DNA of 64,000 nucleotides from Octopus vulgaris (lineage: Eukaryota), in the NCBI GenBank assembly GCA_951406725.2, contig OX597814.1, positions 158,348,001-158,412,000 on the forward strand, read 5' to 3'. Shown here one piece after another: positions 24,420-37,760 of this stretch. The notes under the pieces are model-generated. The model was not told where the DNA came from. It saw only the letters and a program-made list of their open reading frames with translations, and made no database searches. The first letter of the stretch is position 1. The number at the start of each line of letters is the position of its first letter. Position numbers and translations under genes: made by a program.

Positions 24420-25240
24420 CTTCATTGCAGGCAAATAATGGATTTCAAGTAGAAGCAACGTACCATCATTGAATTTTTTAATGAAGTGGGGATGCAAGAT
24501 GCCTGACACCCACAGAACGCTACCGATTGTTTACGAAGAAGACACCAACGACAAGAAGAATGAATAAGGATGAGTAAAGAAAGTGAAACCAGATCGAAAG
24601 AAAAATACTGATTTGGTGACCATCAACTGCAACCACTGTGTGGTGGAAGAGATTGCACGAACAAACGAATTCCAATCCTGAACCTTGCTGCACAACTGGA
24701 TAATATCATTGTATTAAAGTAACAGTAGAAGACTTAAGGTAATAGAAAGTGTGTCTACAATGTGGGTATCTCTATAGTTTACGTTCAACTTGAAGACGTG
24801 AATGAGTGAAGTATACTCTGATGTGTTAGAATCTTTTGAAACCTATGATAGTGTTTTCTTTTTCGATTTGGTGCATGGGGTTGAAACCTAGGTGTATTTC
24901 ATGATCCGGAAACGAAGGCGCAATCAATCGAATGGCCTCTCATCTCTTCTCCAGGGCACAAGAATTTCAACAATCAGTGGTTAGCGCAGAAGGATAACTT
25001 GGGGGATGATAAAGGCGCCACCCTCCTTGATTTTCTTGGTACGTGGACGCACCATAAACACTAAGTGATACATTATGACACTCAAAATGCTTAGAGAAGC
25101 CATTAGGAGGAAGAAACATGATAATTGCCCATGGTAATCCACGACCGCACACATCTCTCGCAGCAAATGAAATCAGTCGACAAACTGAGCTCGTCAGAGC
25201 TTCCCTGACCGTAGCACTCGGATCTCGCACCATCTAACTA
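24420..25240 (+). pseudogene. Degenerate mariner transposase remnant
   Basis: DPETKAQSIEW near 24903 and a decayed PYSPDLAPSD motif (TCGGATCTCGCACCATCTAAC) near 25218. Confidence 0.7.
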
Positions 25241-25726
25241 ATAATCCGCGAGAGTGTGTATGTGTGCATGTTTGTGCGTCTGTGCGTGTGTGTATGTGTG
25301 TGTGTGCGTGCGTGCGTGCGTGTGTGTGTGTGTGTGTGTAATCACTATTTGCATCGTGGGCAACATAATCTTGGACAAATATCTGCATCTTTAATCGTAA
25401 TATGTCTAGGCAGGTTCAGAAACAAAATATGGTAGTCGCTGTAGTGTACGCCATGGAAAAATAACTTATCTCTTTTACTATGACAGTGTGTTTAACGCAC
25501 TCGGCTCATTGGCTCATAGGGGTCTGGGACACCGATGTTTCGACATGTTGTGCTACGTCACCCAATAGTACTCGGGCTTTTGAGCCTAAATCAGGCCGTT
25601 AACTTCGTTAATACTTTCAGCGAAAAAATTGTTTGCTCATCGATGCTTACATCTGCCAACTGATGAAAATGCATTATTTGCACCGTGTCTGAACCCGCAC
25701 AGATGTATTAAAATGCAAATATTCAT

Positions 25727-25757
<31 letters not shown>

Positions 25758-25759
25758 TT

Positions 25760-26240
25760 AATCAATATAGGGTGGCAAAAAAAATTTTGTAGAATTCTTT
25801 TGCCACCAGCGGCCTAGTAGGAAAAAATTAAATAGTCATAAACCATTTTTACGTTCAACATCACAATCAAGGAACGGCCATAATAGGCCATTCACCCACT
25901 AGAAATAACAGCCAAAACCTTTAACCGCAAAATAACATTAATACCGTAAACCAGGAGAAAATTGAAAAACTTTTACCCTGTAATTTCTTAGACGATGCAC
26001 CGTTTCATCTACCGTTTAATGGTAAACTAACCTGATTAAATTAAATCAAGCCAATCCACCATAGGCCCTTAGACTCATCAGTAAGAAATAGCCAAATCGG
26101 AACAGATATTTTTCACGAGGCATTCCTCTTGCTGCCTCGGCAATATCTGACCTAAAATTTTCAAATCGTCGCACTCGCGCCAAATTTATCGGCAGCAAAT
26201 GAACCACCGATTCCGTTACGGAACTAACGGAATTGAACAC
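25760..26240 (-). mobile_element. (TA)n-anchored HHR mini-element, family D, copy 1
   Basis: Homologous to 27740-28195, contains an HHR, and its 3' end abuts (TA)n. Confidence 0.8.
25983..26089 (-). ncRNA. Type I hammerhead ribozyme, family D
   Basis: AUUUCUUA-CUGAUGA-GUCUA...UAGAU-GAAA-CGGUGCAUCG-UC^-UAAGAAAU, with an 8-bp stem I and a long stem II extension. Confidence 0.88.
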
Positions 26241-26477
26241 TTGATGTGGTTTTCGTATCAGATTTTGACTGATATTTCAAGCATGGTGGTATCGCTTAGG
26301 TACCCTTTCATTCTTTTTAGTTTCAGCTCAGAGCTGCGGCCATGCTGATGCACCACCGTTATGCCACCACGCCATTATGCACCACCCTTATTTATATTTT
26401 TAATAATTATAACCTTTAAGGTCCTTTCTTTCCGTACTGCCACTTGATTTGACCGTTGTTTAAAATAATGATCTTAT

Positions 26478-26545
<68 letters not shown>

Positions 26546-27128
26546 GCAGCGTGGAAGGTGTTTATAAGCCATTTAAGAAACACACAAAAGCCGTTCGATT
26601 CACTTCAACATTTAAGTTTAATTTATCAAAATATTTTCGTCGCTAAAATCCGCGACCTGTTCACTGACAAAGTCCGTGCTGCATCTAAGAAAGTAACAGT
26701 TAGTTCGTCATATATATGTACGTATGTATGTGTGTATGTATGCATACATGTGTGTATGTATGTACGTATGCATGTACGCACATACGCCTGTGTATGTATG
26801 TATGTATGTATGTATGTATGTATGTATGTATGTATGTGTGTGTATATGCACGCACATACACTAACGGTATTGAACTAACGGTATTGAACACTTGATGTGG
26901 TTTTCGTATCAGATTTTGACTGATATTTCAAGCATGGTGGTATCGCTTAGGTACCCTTTCATTCTTTTTAGTTTCAGCTCAGAGCTGCGGCCATGCTGAT
27001 GCACCACCGTTATGCCACCACGCCATTATGCACCACCCTTATTTATATTTTTAATAATTATAACCTTTAAGGTCCTTTCTTTCCGTACTGCCACTTGATT
27101 TGCCCGTTGTTTAAAATAATGATCTTAT

Positions 27129-27190
<62 letters not shown>

Positions 27191-27518
27191 GCAGCGTGGA
27201 AGGTGTTTATAAGCCATTTAAGAAACACACAAAAGCCGTTCGATTCACTTCAACATTTAAGTTTAATTTATCAAAATATTTTCGTCGCTAAAATCCGCGA
27301 CCTGTTCACTGACAAAGTCCGTGCTGCATCTAAGAAAGTAACAGTTAGTTCGTCATATATATGTACGTATGTATGTGTGTATGTATGCATACATGTGTGT
27401 ATGTATGTACGTATGCATGTACGCACATACGCCTGTGTATGTATGTATGTATGTATGTATGTATGTATGTATGTATGTATGTATGTATGTATGTGTGTGT
27501 ATATGCACGCACATACAC
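26223..27518. repeat. Near-identical direct tandem duplication of about 650 bp
   Basis: GAACACTTGATGTGG at 26235 and 26886; copies differ mainly in (TA)n and (TATG)n length. Confidence 0.95.
26545..26683. repeat. ~140-bp interspersed repeat with terminal TGCAGC../..GCTGCA inverted ends; other copies at about 27190-27328 and inverted at about 36090-36224
   Basis: Three homologous copies; termini TGCAGCGTGGA and TCCGTGCTGCA. Confidence 0.75.
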
Positions 27519-27739
27519 TCTATAAAACATAAAGCTATAAACCTGTAGCGATGGATGGATGTAGAGTGACCACTCATCACAAAGCTATCAAATTTCAACT
27601 TCCTACGGCCGAAGCTAGAAAGTGATTTATGACGCTTACTCCCAAAACTATACCCTAAAATCTATTATCAGATTTTTATCTCTATATCACAGAACTATTG
27701 TTTTACTGTTATATATTGTTATATATTTACATTTTAGTC

Positions 27740-28193
27740 TCATGACTATTTTTCTTTTCCACTGGGCCGCTGGTAGTGATAAATTTCTATCGAATTTTTT
27801 ACTACCCTAAATTGATTAATTGATTATCTTCTGACTAATTCTGAGATTGAATCGGCAGTTTATATTTGCTGCTGATAAGATTGGCGCGATTACGCTGGTC
27901 TTCGAAAATTTTAAGACAGATATCCCAGAGGCTTCGATGCAGTAGCCTCGTGTATATTTGCCTCTACCAAAGGTTTCTTTACTGATGAGGCGTGACCTAT
28001 GGTAGATTAGCTTAATTTAATTTAATTAAGCTGGTCTATCATTAAAAACGCAGAAACGATGCATCGTCTAAAAGATGAATTAGGGTAAACGTTTTTAATT
28101 TTTCACCTATTTCCGAATTATATTACTTTGCGGTTGGAGTTATGGCTGCTCTGTCTAGTGGATGAATGGCCTGTTAAGGCCATTCCTAAATTG

Positions 28194-28195
<2 letters not shown>
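27740..28195 (+). mobile_element. (TA)n-anchored HHR mini-element, family D, copy 2 (diverged and circularly permuted)
   Basis: Blocks are homologous to the reverse complement of 25760-26240, in rotated order. Confidence 0.75.
27975..28075 (+). ncRNA. Type I hammerhead ribozyme, family D
   Basis: UCUUUA-CUGAUGA-gGCGU...ACGCa-GAAA-CGAUGCAUCG-UC^-UAAAAGA, with GUC cleavage after 28068. Confidence 0.82.
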
Positions 28196-28255
<60 letters not shown>

Positions 28256-28258
28256 ACG

Positions 28259-28307
<49 letters not shown>

Positions 28308-28350
28308 CTCTCTCTCTATATATATATATATTTAAAATAATGATCTTATT

Positions 28351-28405
<55 letters not shown>

Positions 28406-28894
28406 TATATACTAAACAGACACATACGCGTTTGTGCAGGTGTTTGGGGTGTGTGAGTGTATCTGTGTGTGTGTGTGGGGGGGGTAAGCACCTGGCTACA
28501 TTGCCCATTCTATCTCTAAGAATATCCGGTAATCACGTACGCGATGAAATTAATTTATATCTTTTCAATTAATTCTTATTAAGGCCATCTCAGTGGCGCA
28601 CTGATATTTCTAAAAATCATTGTTTTCATCTGTCTTGACAAGAAATGAAAATGTCGTCGATAATACTAATATTCTTTTATGAAAGACTTGGATTTGATAA
28701 CTTTTCAAGTGTGATTATGTGAATAACCGACTTTTATTCTTGATTGAGAGAAAATCCTGTCTGATAGAAGAGATTTGTAATAATATAATTTTAATCTGTC
28801 ATAGCTTTCATTATCTCATAATAATCCTCAGCATAATACGAGTCATTTACTACGATTACTAGTAACTTTTGAAAGAGAATGAGCAACAGATTTT

Positions 28895-29190
28895 ACTTTC
28901 TCTGTGGGGCTCATACGCTCGTCTCCATACACTTCCTGCAACATTGTATAGGCCTCTTAGCACGTATCGGCACGACAACTTTCTCTGTCATAGTCACTGC
29001 GTCGATCATACGCTACACACAATTCATTCCAAGCACTGCTGTAAATAGCGGAAGTGAGCTACCACGTTAAATCTCTGTGCGCATGCACAGCAGAGTTCAA
29101 GGTTAATCTGTTCCAAGTGGCTTCACTATTCGCGAATTAGCTTTGTTACTATGGCAACGGTCTGGATAATTGTTGATCAGACCTCGCATA
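28895..29190 (-). mobile_element. Mariner 5' end remnant (TIR plus HTH fragment)
   Basis: The minus strand begins TGCGAGGTCTGATCAA and translates EAYTMLQEVYGDERMS. Confidence 0.7.
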
Positions 29191-29197
29191 TACAAAG

Positions 29198-29250
<53 letters not shown>

Positions 29251-29545
29251 TGTGTGTGTGAATGTATATATATACTTATATCTATTGGCTAAACTGGCAA
29301 TATGACCATTCCGAAATATAACAATATCTATATATCTATCTCTCTCTATATATATTACATATATCTGAAATTTATAGAAAAACGAAAAAGCAAAAGATGA
29401 AGACAGGTGTATGGACAACTATCAAGTGTATTGGTTTATATATATACATATATGTCTATATATATATATATATAAATGCATATACGTATATATATACATA
29501 TATACATACATATATGGATATATATATGTACACATATATGCATAG

Positions 29546-29583
<38 letters not shown>

Positions 29584-29604
29584 GTATACATATGTATATA
29601 TGTA

Positions 29605-29679
<75 letters not shown>

Positions 29680-29680
<1 letters not shown>

Positions 29681-29960
29681 GAGGGAGATAAATTAATATT
29701 AATTTAAAACCAGTAGTCTAGCATACAAAAATCTGAAAAATCAGAGAAAATTCTAATACATGTGTATATTGACAGGGCAAACCGCTAGGTAGTCGGCCGC
29801 ATGCTAGAAATAGATCATCAACGATCAAACTACAAAGAATGTTCTCTAGAGGAAAATTCAGCGAACACCAGAAACAAATTAGGCGGGCAAGACAGATGAA
29901 AATTTATATAAAAAACAGAATTAATCGCATACCTCGGTTTCAACTATTAACAAAAGAAAT
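29680..29960 (-). mobile_element. Diverged, 5'-truncated relative of the 507-bp HHR unit
   Basis: Shares ACCAGT.GTCTAGCATA and CATGCTAGA.ATAGA with 6699-6803. Retains only the HHR 3' half GAAACCGAGGUA and abuts (TA)n. Confidence 0.65.
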
Positions 29961-31399
29961 ACTTACATAATTCAAATGTCCGTAGTTTCGTCAGTACGAT
30001 CGTATTTTCAGGAATAGTGTATCTAACTTTTATGGCATCATAATTTTCATACCCTGTGTAATTAGAAAGCGTCTCACTGTGCCTTTTGCTTCCAGGTACT
30101 AAAATCAGAAACGACGTTGATGGCAATTTTGTCGTTATAGCAAATCCACTTGTATCTATTTTGTGTTTTATAGTATTTTTATAGTTTTTTTTCTATTTTA
30201 TTTTGATATAATTTTATATAATATTATTTCCTTGCATGAAGAATAATTTGTTTCATTCAAACTCTGTGACATTTTTCAGATATTCTCAATAAATCTTATC
30301 TTATTCATGCTAAACGTAATTAATCCTCACTTAAAAGTGGATGCTGTATTCGAACACAGAATACTGCGTTATTTACCATGCAATAACCTTTCATATAGAC
30401 TTGTGGTGCATATAAGCACTCATATTTATATCTCTAGTGGGAGATGATCACCCGCTATCACCGTCGAGTCTGTTAATTCAAGCTATCTCCACCCTTGTTG
30501 GCCTTGTCAATGATAGTCGTCCTTAGCTAGAGATAGCAGCAAATTTCCGTTTGCGATATACATAGTATTTCAGTGTCTATTCAGGCAGTGATGTCAAAAG
30601 CATCCACTTATCTTATATGGAGATAAATACTATCTTTCGTTTTTAATGCTGATTCTATTAGTATTTAATTATTTTTTATAAGCCCCACTGGCTATTTACA
30701 ACACTAATGCCTAAATAGACACTGAGATTCTATGTATATCACTGATGGGGGAATCACTACTATCTCTAGCCACGGGTATCTGCTATTGGTAAAGCCAAGG
30801 AACAGAAGTTATAGGAGCTGGTAGTCCCGGTGGCGATAGTGGACGATTATCTCCTGCCAGCGATATAAATACGACTGTTTGTATCCACTGCAAGTCCTTA
30901 TGAAAGGTTCTCTCTTAGTAATTAACACAGTATTCTGTGTTCTAAAATAACACACACTTTTAAGTAGGAATAAATATTACCTTAACCACGTTGTTTGAGA
31001 TGTAATTCTCAATCTTCTATAGTTGAGAAGTCTTTTCTTTTATATACAATTTAAGGGTTCTACATCGATTATTTTGAATATATATTTTTTTGTTATTCGT
31101 TTTGCATAACAATACACTGATTTCTGACTGAGGATCAAATTGAAAGATGCTATTAGTCTTTGTTTTGTTTTCCTCTCTCTTTCGCAACTGCATGTTACAT
31201 TCTTTTTTTTTCTTTACCTTATTTTCTCTACATTTTATTCCTAAATTTTAGTAGCAGTATTTTAGCACGTTATTTATGCGCGATACATCTAGACAGTATC
31301 TTCAGTTAAGTTGTCAACTTTAATTATTTTTTCATTCTGTTTTTGAGAAACACTTTTTTAAATGAATTCTCCTGTGAAGATTTCTTCTGTCAAATATAT

Positions 31400-31622
31400 G
31401 TCATTGCTAATTTAATTAGCGGTGATGTCATCTTAGGATTTGGTGGCAACAAGTCTCCTCAAATCTCTACAATTTATTTTGGAATTCTTGCAGAATACAG
31501 GATGGCAGTTTTCTGCAGGTTGACAATACGTATTTCCATTCCAATCTCCTTCAATCTCTTAGATATTTGTTTGAATGTAGTTCTGAGTTCAACAATTGCC
31601 ACAAGAACAATTTTCAACTTCT
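31400..31622 (-). pseudogene. Short 3' fragment of an RLE LINE
   Basis: KIVLVAIVEL...LQKTAILYSARI matches the RLE C-terminus PVVIGALG...QKIVLMGTAHI. Confidence 0.6.
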
Positions 31623-31624
31623 TT

Positions 31625-31662
31625 ACTACCACCATCACAACCACCACCACCACCACCATTAT

Positions 31663-31740
<78 letters not shown>

Positions 31741-31747
31741 AACAACA
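31625..31747. repeat. (ACC)n/(ACT)n microsatellite
   Basis: Directly visible. Confidence 0.97.
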
Positions 31748-31749
31748 AA

Positions 31750-32865
31750 GCTAGCACTTGCTAATTTAAACGTTATCTTGAGGTGTAGTGACAAAAAATC
31801 TCAAATTTCAAGAATATTCCTCAGGATTCTTTCAGAATACTGAATGGTATTTTATGCAGTTCGGCAACGTGAGTCTCAATTCCAATATCTTTTAGTATTT
31901 TAGTTATCATTCTGGGAGTTGTGCGAAATGCATCAGTTACTATAGAAATATTTATTGTCTTATGCTTTCACAGTCTCCACAGCTCTTTGGCTTGATGCTG
32001 ATATTTCTCAACTTTACAATTTCTTTGGTATCGAATCTGCTAAAATATGGAATTGCAAAGTCTATCATCTTACACTGATTATTTATAATCATATCTAGTA
32101 TTATTTCTTCTATAACATGGTCAGGCTTTGTGTGAAAGTCCCATAAGATTCTGTGATTCTCAATCTCAGTCACAATGTCTAGTTCGTATTCTGTTGTTTC
32201 GAAATCAAACGGTCAGATAACATCCAAAGGTGGGCACCGTTAATCGCAAAGTTAACTTTGCTACCGTTAATCTGTTAACCAAAAGGTTAACTTCGATAAC
32301 CGTTAATGAGTCAATATTTCGTAATGTAACGGAAGCTATCGATAGACCGTTAATGTTAATTTTTATTATAGAAAAAAAATCAGTTTTTGCTCTTAAACCA
32401 CCTAACAATACTTTTAAAAAGTCCCAAAACTATAAAATCTGTTAACTTCAATTCTATTGAAGTTAATAGAAGTTAACTCAAGTTGACTCGAGTTAACGGA
32501 TGTTAAATGTAACGTAAGTTGATAAGTCCGATAATGATTTCCTATGTTAACAGTTAAATCGTTAACGAAAATGTTAACTTCGTTAATTAACGATTAACGG
32601 ATAAACGGTTTAGAGCCCAGGTTTGTTAACATCCCAATGCAATCTTTGACCTCCAATCATGCCTGTGCTTATAGTCTTTTATTTATTTATTTATTCATTT
32701 ATTTACTGTTAGCTTACTACATTCGCTCAAGATATGATTGAGATTTTCGCCTACTTTCTGCAGATTCTACATTTGTTGTCTGACTTTGTTTTGTCGATCT
32801 TTGCCTTCATGAGATTTGTCCTGAGTGGCCATAATTAGCGTTTCGGTCACTTGCTTCAGGTTTCC
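31750..32865 (-). pseudogene. Old RLE-LINE (R4-like) 3' remnant interrupted by a MITE
   Basis: Minus strand gives LKQVTETLIMATQD, KCRICRK..ENLNHILSEC, YKHRHD and ILWDFHTKPD..CKMIDFAIP..KEIVK. Confidence 0.8.
32225..32625. mobile_element. hAT-like MITE with 8-bp TSD
   Basis: Imperfect TIRs CAAAGGTGGGC / GCCCAGGTTTG (9/11), TSD ATAACATC (32217-32224) / TTAACATC (32626-32633), and many GTTAAC/CGTTAA subterminal motifs. Confidence 0.8.
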
Positions 32866-33555
32866 GCCGGTCAGCCAAAGCCAACGTTTTTTACTTCTAG
32901 CATTCTCGGTTGTGGTTCAATTCATCGCAGCAAACGAATGAAGCATCCTTTAATTATAGCACATTGGTTGTTTATCAAGTTAATCCATATCTATTACAAC
33001 CATATCTATTACAATTTTCCCATCTATAAATTTTGAAATTTTAGTTTTGGCACTTCTTTCTAGCAGGTCGAGCGAATACGCATGCTACCAGGTTAAGTTT
33101 ACTTTAATCTCTTAATTACACTATGGTGTAATGCTTAGAAGTTTATGTCGGCATAATTTATAAGTTGGATTTGATCGAAAAATTCACACACCTATATCTT
33201 AGATCTTGATTTTAGTACAATATAGATAAATCTCTTGCATTTACTATGGCTTTCCTCTTCGGCTGACTGAATGCAATGTCTGATAGAGAAAATAAACTTC
33301 TAATTCTAAATATATCATATGATAAAATTTCTTCTTAAACATTAACCAATTTTCTGTGAATCTTTATGAGTTCGTTAATTATATCGTTTAATCTGATAAT
33401 ATTATCAAAATAATGTTTATATTTCAAATTTACTTATCCTTGTTATTTTTCTTCCAGAATTTGCTTTGTCACTTCCCTTACTGTCTTACATTAGTTCCAT
33501 TGCTGTATTCCTCATCCTCCTTGAATAAGACAATTACTTTTTTCTTACTACTTAA

Positions 33556-33605
<50 letters not shown>

Positions 33606-34544
33606 ATCTGTTATTATGCTTTATAATATATTTACACTAACCAATTGTTTGTGTCTTAAAGGCATATTCGCTTTGTAATAGTTATGTTCTGTTATTTTGT
33701 TTTTCCTATGGTAAACGCAACGAGTCAGTATCTGCCTTTGAGCGATGTATTCAAAAGTTTTTATTAATTTCCTGTGATTTTTCTTTGTCTCTTTCTAGCA
33801 CATTCAACTTAGAATTTATGGAACTATACAGAGAAGTTTCCAATTTCGCATAATCTTGCATGTCTTTGGAAGAAAAAGATCTGATGTTTCAGGTCTTACC
33901 TTCATTTGAGAGAAGGGCAGAGGGAGGGAGAGCAAGACAATCAGACAGACAGAGGGAGAGAGAGAAAAAGAGAGAAAGAGAAAGAAAAGACAGACAGACA
34001 GAGAGAGAGTCAGAGGGAGAAAGTTCCACCTGAAAAAATTTAATTTAAAATCATTTTTTCCCTCTCAGGTAAAAGGACTCACGAAACATAAGATTTCTTT
34101 TCTCCCTAAAATATTCAAACATTAAAACTCGAGAAATCTAGTATATAATTTTAGCCGATACAAACCTCTGTAGTTTGCTAATAGATTTATTTTAGCATTC
34201 CGATTCAAACATTCTACTAACGCTTATTGATTTCATGTTAAGATCTGGTTTCCCTGTGAGTATCAGTCTGTTGTGTCAGTAGTTTTGTTTGATTTCTTTC
34301 TTTTATTCTACAATAAATATTCACTTTCTTATTTATTTAGATATGTAGTTTAAATACACTGCTATTATAATTATATATATTTAGATATGTAGATACTCTG
34401 TTATTATAATTCCTATTTTATATGTCTTTATAAGCTCCTTAGATATCCTTTAAATACATTTATTTCCGATTACATACAAATATTCTTCCTATAATCCTGT
34501 ACATTCTTAACTTGTTCATCCTAATATTTATTATAGTTGATACA

Positions 34545-34965
34545 GTGAGCTGATTGAATCGTTATCGCGCCTGAGAAAATACGTAACGGCAGTTCGTCCG
34601 TCTTTACGTTCTGCCTTCAAATTCTGCCGAAGTCGACTTTGCCTTTCAACCTTTCGGAGTCGATAAAGTAGCAGTTGAGCACTGGGGTAGATGTAACCGA
34701 CTTACCTCCACTCCCTGAAATGCTGGCCTAGTGCCAAAATTTGAAACCGATCTTTATCATAGTCATGAATGTATGACAAATAACGCATAAGAATTATTCT
34801 TTCTACACAGGTAAGAGGACAAAAATTTGTAGGGAAGGGACGGTTGATTGTATCCATTGCCAAGCTCAAGTGGCACTTATTTCATCCATTCCAAAAGGAT
34901 GAAATGTAAGGTCGACCTCTGCGGAATTTGAACTCAGAATGTAAAGACAGACAAAATGCCGCAGC
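34545..34965. mobile_element. Two SINE family 2 copies in inverted (tail-to-tail) orientation
   Basis: Plus copy 34545-34745 and minus copy about 34830-34965 (AAGGTCGACCTCTGCGGAATTTGAACTCAGAA). Confidence 0.75.
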
Positions 34966-37088
34966 GTTTCTTATTGTTGATGCTGTTTACAATTTAGAGT
35001 GCTTTGATTGGGCAAACTTATGATCAAATTCATTCTACCTATGGTGATCCTGTCTTTTCTTTATCTTTGTTGCATTATCCAATGTTGATTTCTAAAAGAC
35101 AATAGAGCGTGATGCAAATAAAATTTGACTGTTTTTCTTTGCAGTACGATCGACCTCATAGAGGTATTCTCTTTTTAGTTTGCACGCCAGAACTCTTAGT
35201 GAACAGCAATGGCCCAAGCGTATTTCGTTGAAATATATCTGAGTTTTACAATTATTTGAACACAGAACGAGACTAGATACTCAAAAATATTTCTCAGAAT
35301 GGGAAGAATGCTCTTCCATTGTTTTCACTTTATCGACATTTTCTTTTCAATAAATGTGAATTCTTATGCAGGTTCCATTCTTCAAAGGCTTGAATATAGA
35401 GATAGCTATTAGAAGCAACAAGGGAACATGGCAGTTGCTATTTTTATAGACTGTACGGTGATAAATGACAACGCTTGTTCTGTAAAAATTTTAAACACAT
35501 AATGTAGAGTGTAATTAAAATTAATGATCACCGAAAAACGTTTAGTAAGACAATTAACAGTTTGAGCTGCTTAACCGTCATTTTTTAGTCACTCTGAAGG
35601 AATTCAAATTCATTATCAAATATATTTATTATGCAATGTGATCATAATTACAAATTTTATCATAATAAACATGATTCAACAATTTGCTGAACATTTGGAA
35701 ACTTTCCAAATTAATATTTGGCATGAAGCTATTTGAAAATGTCATCTCTGATAATCATACAAAAATTTTAGTTTACTCTCATTATCTTTATTAATATATT
35801 CACGTGACAGTACATCATATTCAATTTACCAATGATATTTTTAAATGTTTGTAAACTTTATTGTATGAATATTGACGTTCGCAAAATCGTGAATTTTATG
35901 CGGTTATTTCAATATTAAATGAATGTTATATATTTTAGATGTTTAATTAAGTGAAAGTTTAATAAACATTTAATCATGCGATAAAATTAAAATATATTTA
36001 GGATTTTATTTTCATTATTTATCCGAAAATATTCCCTATTTGCCAGCAATATTTATCTTAATATGAAATATTTTACCGTTTTAAACATATGCAGCACGGA
36101 ATTTTGTCAGTGAACAGGTCTCAAAGCGATGAAAATATTTTGGCAAATTAAATTTAAATGTTGAAGTGAAGCTAACGGTTTTTGTGTGTTTCTTAAATGG
36201 CTTATAAACACCTTCCACGCTGCAAACATATTTTAAAATGTGAAAAATAAAATGAACATACGCACACAGTCACACATAGATACATACATACATACATACA
36301 TACATACATACATGCATACATACATACATACATACATACATACATACATACATACATACATACATACATACATACAAGGACCCTTGGATCTAGGGTAGAA
36401 ACTGGTTCTTTGTCTACTGGCAAGAAATCTTGAAATAAACTGAACATTCTTTTTTTGGTTAAGAGAAGATTTATTGATATGTAAACGTGTGTCTGTGTGT
36501 GCGTCATGTATACAAAATAATAGATAGGCCATCACGAGAACAACTTTTATGTGGGCGTGTAAACCTAGATGTATGCGTGGGTGTTAAAAAATATAAGTAT
36601 GGCAATAAAGAAGATGACCGCGAAAGAGTCAATAGCCATCGAAGTGAGAAGTTCATAGACACAAGAATGAGAATACCAGTAGTCACTTGTACGTGGTAAT
36701 TGAAATACTGTTTCAAGAAATCGCGGCCATAATGCTGAGCAGCTTGTAGGTACATCTCGTACGTGAAGTCGTGGCTGTGTGGGTCATTTGATACAGGAGT
36801 TCTTGCTGTTGATCCATGGTGCAGTAATTCACGAACAGTGAAGTGTTGGGACATTGACTAGTTGCTGGTTGAGCTGTGTACGTAGAGAGATGATGTTGAC
36901 GACATTAAAAAGATGAAGGTTACCGTAATACTGTTGGTAAATCTCCACCGTGGTGCAGGTGTTGTCATCTGCGTTGTCGCTGGAACTGGCTGTGCCATTT
37001 CTGGATTGTGGGTAGACCTTAAAAGGTCTGGAACCGAAAGACCTAATAAATAAAGAGAATAAACTGAATAAACTGTACAAATAATACT

Positions 37089-37151
<63 letters not shown>

Positions 37152-37214
37152 ACGTATATATATATATATATATATTTATCCACAGATGATATTAACAGTA
37201 GTGACATCTTATTT

Positions 37215-37620
<406 letters not shown>

Positions 37621-37691
37621 GCATATGTACAGATTTGTATGTTTTGTTTTATGTATCTATTTTCCTGCATGTACTTTCATATCTATACTTG

Positions 37692-37760
<69 letters not shown>

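Noticed and set aside
25655-25720. CTGATGA-AAATGCAT..ATGTATT-AAAA possible HHR
   Set aside because: GAAA, stem III and stem I are missing; at best a truncated relic.
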